Shown: piece after piece, positions 12,382 to 21,809 of the stretch
How the letters are laid out: the number at the start of each line of letters is the position of its first letter
Numbering within the stretch: the first letter of the stretch is position 1
Assembly: GCA_043228905.1 (NCBI GenBank)
Contig: JBHGNT010000015.1
Span: 7,254,001 to 7,318,000, forward strand
DNA length: 64,000 bases
Direction: 5' to 3'
Source of the DNA: Azolla caroliniana
Lineage: Eukaryota > Plantae > Polypodiophyta
Notes under the pieces: model-generated
What the model was told of the DNA's origin: nothing
What the model saw: the letters and a program-made list of their open reading frames with translations, nothing else
Databases searched by the model: none
Position numbers and translations under genes: made by a program

Positions 12382-13694
12382 TATCGTGTGGTTTTTCACA
12401 CACGATATAAAAATTAGTAAAATAATTATTTACGATAAGCTTAATATATGGATATGGAAAGATAGATGTGTTAAAGAGCTTTATAGCATATTTTACTACG
12501 CATAAAACGGATAAACAAGTATCAAGTTATGTGAGTGTGAAGTTTGAAGAAAAGAAAAGAAAAGACAAAATTGTGAGATATCCCACATAGATAGGACAAC
12601 ATTGGAACCCAGAATATATAATGGAAACCAAAACATATTCATTCTATCAATGTGTGGAGCATAGGATGTTCAAGGTGACTTGGGTTACACTATGTGGTGT
12701 GCACGCTTTGCGCGTACGTGCGTCTACATGGCCGTGTGGACGTTTTCGGAAGTACGAGCGCATGGACGTCTTCGGATGTACGCGCGTGGACGTTTCGGAC
12801 GGACGCGTATGTGAGGACGAGTGTGCGGACGCGTGTGTGTGCACACGCGCATGCGTGGATGCGTACACTACGGCGCGGATGAGACTTTTGTGCGCGGATG
12901 CGTATACAGTGTGGGTTGGACGCGTGTGCGCGTGGATGCGTACACTACGGCACGGTTGGGACGTGCGCATGCGTGGATGTGTACACTACTACGTGGTCGA
13001 GACTTTTGCGCGCTGACGCGTCTACGGTTTGGTTGCGACGCACGTACGGATTGCGCACGGGCTAAACTTTATAGATGATTGTGTCATTTGGCCGAATTAT
13101 ACGGACATCGCATGCAACCAAAAGCCAAGGTCATGCAACTAAAAGTAAAAAGGCATGCATCTAAAAATGGAAGCATGCGACTAAAAGCAGAGGCCATGCA
13201 ACTAAAAATAGAGGCCATCCGACTAAAAGTGGGCATGCAAAGTAACATTGGGGAGGAGGATCAACGAGGAGCTCGATATATGTCCCATTTTTTCCCTCCT
13301 AGTTATTTTTTTTCTTTTTTTTCCCCTTCTTTCTTCTTCCCTCTTGGATTTGAGAAGAAAATTATCTCACATATTGATATCAAACTCTTAGCTTTGTTTA
13401 CTTGAGCTTTCTTGTAAAAAATTATCTCTTGTATTCATATGGGACCACTCCTTGCATGGTTGTTGGCTCCTTTCTTTGAAAAACTAATCTCTCATTTCCA
13501 TACCCAACCGATTGTAACACGATTCTGAAATTATAAAGAATCGGTTTTCTTTTGCAATAAAGAAATGATTTGTCTCTCCCACTTGTCTTATGCTTAAAAC
13601 TTGCTTGTGTTGTACGTGTTGCACTAAATCCTTCTAGTCTAGAACCCCGGCGGTTCCGCCTCACGATCCGCACATAGTCCAGAACCCCGGCGGT
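12382..13694 (+). repeat. B 3' LTR, terminus lost
   Basis: Preceded by a PPT. Homologous to 4767-6711. Ends in a duplicated U5 hairpin fused to the RT of A. Confidence 0.88.
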
Positions 13695-15900
13695 GTATAG
13701 CCAGCAAGGGGAGCACCTGGACCATCTCTGGTTATGCCTAGAGAAATGCAGGGGGTACCGGCAAGCTTGAACCCGGCAAAGTGTGTGTTTGGGGTGGCTA
13801 GTGGTACCGTACTTGGCCATATTGTCAGCAAGGACGGGATAGCAGTAGACCCGGACAAAGTCAGGGCAATCCTGGAGGCACCGGCACCAACGACAGCCAA
13901 AGCATTAAGCAGATTCTTAGGACAAATCCGGTGGCATAGCTGGATGCTCTGGTATTTGGCAGATCTTGCAACACCGCTGCATGTTGCGGTTCACCAGACA
14001 CCGTTTCAATGGACGGCTACAGAGGATCGTTTACCGGGTTCGAAAAGTATTACTATCGCAAGCACCGGTAGTATAACCCCCGGACTGGTCCAAAGAGTTT
14101 CATGTGTTCGTCGACGCATCAGACATAACAATTGGCAGCGCAGTTATGCAGCTGACCGAACCCAAGTGGTACCGACCAGTATACTATGCGAGCCGGAAAC
14201 TGTCACAAGCGGAACGAAATTACTCCACTACGGAAAGAGAGGCCTTGGGGATGATTTATAGTGTCATGAAGTTCCGACACTATTTGCTGGGCCGTAAATT
14301 TTCATTCCACGTAGACCATTCTGCACTTTTATACTTGGTCTCTAAGGCATCCCTCATAGGTAAGTTGGCCCGGTGGACATTGCTACTACAGGAATTCGAG
14401 TTCGAAATTTATCACCGATCGGGTATACAACACGTGGTTGCCGACTATTTGAGCCGGTTAGAAACCGGTGAGACCAGTGACGGCGTACCAGATGAGTTTC
14501 CGGACGTTGAACTGTTTAAAATCACGGTAGAAACCACGGTAGATAGGACAGTTCCGGACGAGGACAAATGGCTAACGAATATGCATAAGTTCTTAAGCAC
14601 GGGACTACCCTCAGAAGAGATGAATAGAGACGAGCGGAAATGATTGGCGGTCCAAAGGCGACATTTTTGTTTATTACAGGACACCCTATACCACAAGGAA
14701 GCTGATGGAATATGGTGGAGAGCGGTGCAGAGCGATGAAAAGGACACCATATTATGGGAAGCACATTGCGGAGTCGCCGGAGGACACTATGCCGGTGAAG
14801 CTACAACAAGAAAGATATGGCATAGTGGGCTATGGTGGCCAACGACACTGAAAGATTCGGTCTGGTATACGAAGGAATGCGATTTGTGTCAACAATGGGC
14901 CAACTGACAGAACAGGCGCGAATGCCTCACCAGCCGGTACTACCCTTGGAACCATTTAAAAAATGGGGGCTGGACTTTGTTGGACCATTCAACCCACAAG
15001 CCATGCGAACCGGCAACAGATACATCATTGTCGCTACGGACTATTGCACCAAGTGGGTCGAGGCCAAGGCTCTGCGAGACAATACCGCGGCATCAACGAC
15101 GAAGTTTCTCTACGAGTACATCTAGTGCCGTTACGGATGTCCCATCGAATTAATTAGCGACCAGGGTGAACACTTCCTCCGTCAAGTAGTGGAGAGCCTC
15201 ACAACATTCTACGCGGTAGTACACAAGCGCAACACTCCATACTACCCGCATGCCAATGGCTGGCCGAGTCCACCAACAAGACACTACAGAACATCCTCCG
15301 GAAGTTCGTCAACGAGAATTGGACCGATTGGGACACGAAGTTGCACAGTGCATTATGGGCTTACCGGACGGCGTATAAAACAAGCATCAGGACGACACCA
15401 TTCTAGTTAGCATTCGGACTAGAAGCGGTGATGCCGATGGAATTTCAAGTACCGAGCTTACGGATACAGGTTTGGGAGCGACTAAGTGAAAAGGAATTAG
15501 AGAAAATCCGATTAGCGTTGGAAGAGCATCGGATAGCGAGTATCATGCAGTTGGAACTGGAGCAACGACGAAGGAAGGCATTCGTCGACTTGCACCGGAA
15601 GGGCAATGAGAAGTTGTTCGGAATCGGCAGGTCGGTGCTCGTGTTTCAGACCCAGATGGGTAAGATGCCGGGCAAGCTACGGTTCCGGTGGATTGAACCA
15701 TACTGGATCACGCGAGAATTCAACGGGTCTTACCAGTTAGGCATGCTTGCCGGCGAAGTACTGAACAAATGGGTAAACGGGTTCCGGCTTAAACCCTATT
15801 ACGGGCGCATGCCACCAAACCCGTTTTATCAGGAACAGATTGTCGCAGTAACCGGAAGCGGCAAGCAATTGGTCGGACAACCGAGACTAATGATTAATTA
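13690..15900 (+). pseudogene. Element A C-terminal RT, RNase H and integrase, decayed
   Basis: [55 protein letters not shown] and VNGFRLKPY motifs. Confidence 0.9.
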
Positions 15901-16251
15901 TTACAAAAAGAAAAAAGAAAAAAGAAAAACAGAAAAAAGGAAAAAGAGAAAAGAAAAGTCATCATGCATAGGCGAGGAGAGAATGGGCACTGTGAAAAGG
16001 TGTGTGGTTGGTGGCTAATTAAAGCCTCTTTAAAAGCCCACCATGGGTCAACCGACTGCTATAATAGTACACGACGTGCATGCGCGGGAATCAAGAAAAG
16101 GCGCCAAGCATGGAGAGACAAAACCTCTGCCTCACAGAGTCCCTCTCATTTCGCGAGAACAGAGCACTAAGCGCACACAACCGATTAAGAGTGATCGGAC
16201 GAACGCACAAACATACTAATCCTACCAAGTCCCACAGACTCAGACAACAAG

Positions 16252-19050
16252 ATGGAACACATGGCACTCTCGGAAGTGGCCAAGAAATGGTTCAAGCAAC
16301 ACAGCTTGGAAGGGTTCCTAAGAATCGTTGAGGCACCTCCGCACAGCGAGGCGGAGAAAGTCGTGCAGGAGATCAATACGGAGGTCATCATAGAAGAGGC
16401 CATCCGTGCCATGACCAGCCTACTAGAGGGCGGATTACTCTCGATCAACAACCCTTCACCGGAGATGCTCACGAAGTTTTTCGGTGAGTACTCCCTGGCC
16501 AGCAAGGCGTACTGCATGCAAGGCGGCAAGGATGCTCTATTCCGAGAGGTTGCTCGTGTGCTTCATGAGTACGGACATGTACACCCTCGACCCCCGGCGA
16601 TGCCAAAGAACAGAGCCGGTTTTATTATAGCGACTTATGAGGGGGCACAGGTGGATTGGCCGGTGATCATCGTTGATAGTCTGAGCGCGGCCATAGCCTC
16701 AGTAAAGGATGGCAAGAAGATGTGCACGGCGGTGGAGCAATGGATCACTCTTTTAGCGCCACCGGTAGAGCCGACGCAGCCGAAGAAGCGGGGGCGACCG
16801 ACTGAATCAACCCTCAACCCATCATAAAAAAGGCAGCAACTACTGGCTAAATAGGCAATTGGATGGAAAGCGGCCGGCTCCTCACAGAAGGCGAAGGAGC
16901 AGCCTAGCCGGAAGCGTACGACAGAGAAGGAGACACCGGTGAGACCCTTAAAAATTAAGCTGCGTCGGCCCTAACAACAATCAGAACAACCACAGGAGCA
17001 ATACCCCTTGGTGGCGTTAATCAATAGCGGCACCCTAGCAGAGGAGCAGGAAGAAGAACCTGTTGAGCCCCTAGTATGTCGCAAACAGACACGTGACGAG
17101 GGCCATAGAGGGGAGGAATCAAGTCCTGTAAGGGACAGTATACCAAAGCCCCGCCCCGAGAAGCCATAACCAAGGGAGGAGTCAGAACCGGGTCAATAAG
17201 AGCCAGTGTTAGTAGCACCTGTGCGGCAAGAAATAGCGGAACTAGATGTTCAAAAACCGGTGATTGAATTGCTGATGTTGCCGACGCAACAACAACAACA
17301 AGAACCGAAACTACCGCTAACCACCCAGAAAAGGTTCTCGGCGAGTGAAGAAGCCACACCAGGACCGGAACTGGCACGACAACAAAGCACCGGCAAACAA
17401 TGGCTATGGTGGATAGGAGAGCAAGTGGCCGGGGTGGTGTGTCACATAGAAGTAAAAGAGAGGGCACATGTGGACCGGTTGCTCGCCACAACCGAAGAAC
17501 TAGAGAAGGCCCGATCGAGAATCTAGAGCATGGAACAAGAAGTGAAAAGGACCAGAGAAGAGGCGGCGAAGTTGGTCATCGAAGAACCACAACAATTAGA
17601 ACCGGTGGCACCGGTGAGTGTACACAATAATAAGACCCTGGTGACTGAAACATTCCCGGATAAGAATAAGGCACAAGAACAAGAACTCGCCACGCTGAAA
17701 GAAGAATTGGAAGCCCAAGAGGCCTTAAGGGCTAGAGAACGTGAAGGGAAGAAGGCGACGGAGGAAGAACAAAGGAAATTAGCCAAAAGTCTCCGACGAG
17801 TCGAAGAAAGCCTGCGTAAAGGTCATCAAGCATATGACCGGCTAAAGGAAGAAAAAGAAACACTCCTACAGGAAAAGGACAAACTCTGGCACTCGGCGGA
17901 AGGAGAGATCGAGTGACTCAAGGAAGAGCTCCGATGACAAAAGGACTGGGAAGACCGTGCTCGCCGTCTGATCAATCAAAGGTTGAAACAAAAAATGGAC
18001 GACTTTGATCGGCTGCACCGGGATCACAAACACGTGGATGCGGAACACAAGAAATTGATCACCGAAAGTGACTGGCAACAGGAGAAGTTAAGGGAACATT
18101 GGGATGAGGTTAACCGGACTGTGGCAACCTTGGTAGAGGAACAATCAAAGGGGTCTGAAGCAGCGAAAGAACGGATAGAGCTGACCCGACAGTGCTCGGA
18201 GACAACAAAGTGCGCTATAGTGGCTCTGAACAAAGTTCAGGTGACCTATTAGACACATCTCATGCACTACAGAAGCCAAGAAGCGGCAACTGCGAACCTG
18301 ATCAAACAATTGAAGGACAAAAAACTGGTCGCGGGGAATAAGTCGAAGATGGGGCTGGGGCGAATTCGTGATCTGGTGTGGACATGGAGAGACTGGACGA
18401 AGAGACTGGTGGAATAAAGTTCGGTTCAATGGTGGTCTCAATGGGCTAAGCAGGCAACGGAGTTACAATTTTTGACAGTGGATGCGGAGAACTGGCGGAA
18501 GGACGGCGACGATTTCTATAAACTGGATGAGGAAAACATTGTAGCCATAAGGGAGGAATTGTAGGGCGACTTCCTATCGTTAGCCGGGAACCAATTGGCG
18601 GCGATGAGGCGATTGGTGGAACAACTGGACGATGACCAGTTGGATACCCAACTCCAGCTCAAGCGGTATGAACGAGAACGGCGACACCAAGAAGTGGTCA
18701 AAAGAACTACGATGATTAATATCAGTGATGAAGAGCAATCTTCGGAGCAGGCGCCGAATGAAGCCGGAGTTGGGTGAAGCCAGCCGAACATAACTCCAGA
18801 GGAGCAACCGAAGGATGGAAACCTGCACACTAGAAACCATCAGCAGGAGGAGCCCAAACCAATAGAACCAGAACCGGAAGCCTTGGGACCGGTGGAACCG
18901 GAGAGACCAGAGGAGGAGGAGGAGGAGGAGGAGGAGCAGTAGCAGTAGCAGGAACGAGAGTAGGAGCAGTAGCAAAGGACAGAGTAGCTACCCGATGAGA
19001 CTTTAAAACCCTTGGACCAGAGCATTCTGGACATTTTGGAGGAAGATTGA
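16252..19050 (+). pseudogene. Element A accessory ORF3 (~932 codons, coiled-coil rich, function unknown)
   Basis: ORF-track pieces starting at 16252, 17206, 17530, 17983 and 18595 share one frame that ends in TGA at 19048-19050. Homologous segments occur in C and D. Confidence 0.8.
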
Positions 19051-19063
19051 AGGGCGAACCATG

Positions 19064-19465
19064 GGATTCGACCTACAAGGTACTGTCCCACGGGCGTGCC
19101 ATGTGTTGACCGGCAAAGACTTACAAGCCGGATAAAGTCTAGAATGGGAAAGGGATAATTAATTTAGAACAATCTATAATTATGATATTTTGAGAAGCGA
19201 ACGGACGGACCCGGATTCGGTATGCCGATCCGGATCCGGACCGGTTCATAGCCGGCTGCTGGTTGGATTCGACATACAAGGTACTGTCCCACGGGCGTGC
19301 CATGTGTTGACCGGCAAAGACTTACACGCCGGATAAAGTCTAGAATGGGAAAGGGATAATTAATTTAGAACTATCTATAATTAAGATATTTTGAGAAGCG
19401 AACGGACGGACCCGGATTCGGTATGCCGATCCGGATCCGGACCGGTTTGTAGCCGGTTGCCGGTT
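19064..19465 (+). repeat. 201-bp tandem duplication spanning the 3'UTR/U3 boundary of A
   Basis: Units start at 19064 and 19265 (ggattcgac...). Confidence 0.93.
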
Positions 19466-19776
19466 GGCACCGGTTCGTAACTAGAGCCTGTGACCTATAA
19501 AAGGACCCGGTTAGATTGTAATCAATTAGTGGTTGATTAATGAAAGTCCTGTTCTGCTACACCTTGTTTAATCTTGAAAGCTTTAAGTTAATTACTATTC
19601 TGTGCTTAATATAATCTATCTTACGCGTGTATTATGATCATTAACCACACCGGTTAATATCCGGTTTGGAATAAGTTTGCATTACGGTCTTCGCCTACCC
19701 CACTTGCACCACCCTTTGGTGAAGTGTCCTAGAGGGACACCCTATGTTAGGGCTAGTCCGGCCCCAAGGAGTAACA
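19104..19776 (+). repeat. Element A 3' LTR (U3 start duplicated at 19104 and 19305)
   Basis: Starts tgttgaccgg (cf. D LTR tgttgtccaccgg). TATA ctataaaagg at ~19495. Ends gagtaaca. Confidence 0.78.
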
Positions 19777-20571
19777 CGCAATTTAAGAATAGGCTGTCCA
19801 AAAAAGACACAAAGTAGGTCATTTCACAAAAAGGACCATCGCATGTGCAAAGGTTTTCGGAAATTGAATCAAAATATACTGATTTATACCATGTCCAAAC
19901 ATTTAGGGCTTTCAAAAAATGCCTAAATAATCAGTTTTTTATTAGAGAGAGAGAGAGAGAAAGAACGGTCCTCTCCCTACATAGGCTATGGGCATATGAT
20001 AGGTAGAGGAGACTAAGAAGTGTTGTAACTAAGTGAATTTTACATACAATTAATATAATTATGTGCTTTTTCCAAAAGAAAAGAAAAGAGAGAGTCTTTG
20101 TAGCCCAATGAGACAGTGATGGAAGGATCACGAGCCATCTGAAAATGGGTTTTGTGTAGAGAGAGATTTCCCAATGCTGAGAAGATGGAAGGAATATCCA
20201 AAAGCCACAAAACACCAACTATCGTGGGTAATACCTAAAGTGTGTTATGGGGAGTAGGCACTACCATGCAGAGAGTGTGGCATGGAGAGAGAGGACTGCA
20301 TCCTATCTCGTGAAGCGGGCAAAGGACCAGTCTGATGTTACTCACATAATTGTATTGGACCTCATGAGGACACCTTGTGGGTGTGGTTCCCTACCAATGA
20401 TAACACTCTCTCTAACTGAAACTGGGGTGTGTGTGTGTTCCGGGTTAATGATGAGATGCTCGTGATCGTGAAGTCATTAGGACATGAGGCTACTGTGGTT
20501 GACGTGATGGCAATCATTGATGAGATGCGAGCACGTTCATTGGGTCGGAATAAGGTTGGTTATCACAAGCC

Positions 20572-20618
20572 ATACTACTACTACTACAACTACAACTACT
20601 ACTACTACTACTACTACT
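20572..20618 (+). repeat. (TAC)n microsatellite
   Basis: tactactac... with two aac interruptions. Confidence 0.95.
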
Positions 20619-20757
20619 AGGGTGTGAGTAAGTGTCCCCACCAATGAAGCTAAAAAAAGAAGAATACAGAAGACACATAAGAGAAGAAGACAGAAGAAGC
20701 CAAGGAAACTACAATTACATGTGAACTAGCCCTAAATAAGCAGAGACAGCTAGCTAT

Positions 20758-20760
<3 letters not shown>

Positions 20761-20801
<41 letters not shown>
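20761..20801 (+). repeat. (CT)n microsatellite
   Basis: About 20 perfect CT units. Confidence 0.97.
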
Positions 20802-20803
<2 letters not shown>

Positions 20804-21809
20804 AGGACAGGGTACCCTCCTTTCTATCAAGGGAAAATGCTTTAGTGAGCCCCCCATGCAATCGCCCTCACAGCTAGAATCTAGCTAATCTATGGAGATC
20901 TCCGATGCGGTTTCTTGAGGAAACCCTAATTTCTCTTTCTTCAGTGCTAGCATTCAAGAGAACATCTTAAACTTTAGTAACTACTTTTGCAAACCCTACC
21001 CCCAGATTATAGATAGAATCCTAATTTCTATTGCGGTTTTGAAGGGAACCCCTTATTTCATCATTTTGAAGGACATGCTTTACTCTGTTTCATCTTCTGA
21101 AGGTGGAAGGTCTTAGCCCGTTTCATCAGAGAAGCGGTAGTTGCATCTGCTGTAGGAAATCTTATTGAAGGAAATCCCAGTTTGAGGTGAGAAATCCTAG
21201 TCGAAGGGAACCCTAATTTGAGGTAACCATCCCTAGGATTATCTGGTCTAAGTTAAAATTTAAGTTCAGAAAACCCCAATTTATCAGGTCAAGGAAATCC
21301 TTGAGGTCGGAACTCTCTCTTTCATTGTCACAAGGAAACCCTAATTTCATGAGCTCAAGGAAACCATACTTTTTCAGGTGAGAAACTTAATTCAATCTTG
21401 TGAAGGAGACATCTTGAAACAAGAAAAGGAAGCTCCTCGATAAACCCTAATTTCGTCATTTGACGGAGACATTTTGAAACCGAAAAAATGAAAATACATG
21501 ACTTTGATAAATCTTGATTCTACCAGCTTAAGAAAATCTTAAATTCAAATAAAAACCCTAGCTTCATCAGGCTGAGTGAAACCCTAATTCCAGGTGGGAA
21601 ATCCATATCTCATGAGAAATTTACAAGAGAACGTACAAAAATTAAAAAATGACTAACACCTATATTTATACATATTTGTGAATCACCATATTGATGTAAC
21701 ATACAATATTTTGATTCAATTTCCAAAAACCTTCACACATGCGATGGTTCTTTTTGTGAAATGACCTACTTTGTGTCTTTTTTGGACGGACTGTTCTTAA
21801 ATAGTGACA

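Larger units (their letters stand above)
4767..13694 (+). mobile_element. Element B: Ty3/gypsy of the TGTCG..CGACA lineage, inserted into the RT of A
   Basis: Direct LTRs starting at 4767 and 12382. PPT ggtttggtgggggtgaa. gag-PR plus RT-RH-IN. Right junction is deleted, so no TSD is visible. Confidence 0.92.
2038..19776 (+). mobile_element. Element A: non-chromovirus Ty3/gypsy (Phygy/Selgy-like, inferred) with an accessory ORF; 5' end lies outside the window; interrupted by B
   Basis: gag-PR-RT at 2038-4766, RT-RH-IN at 13690-~15900, extra ORF at 16252-19050, and a 3' LTR ending GTAACA like sister LTRs at 26569 and 51470. Confidence 0.85.
19777..21806. mobile_element. Non-autonomous CACTA (En/Spm-type) DNA transposon, ~2.03 kb
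   Basis: ~100-bp imperfect TIRs at 19777-19877 and 21706-21806. Right end ...aaatagtg is the reverse complement of CACTATTT. 3-bp TSD ACA on both sides. No transposase. Confidence 0.88.

Noticed and set aside
16252-19050. env gene
   Set aside because: No visible signal peptide or transmembrane helix. The protein is hydrophilic and coiled-coil-like.
19038-19058. Purine-rich stretch as A's PPT
   Set aside because: It is interrupted, overlaps the ORF3 stop, and lies about 45 nt from the LTR start rather than adjacent to it.
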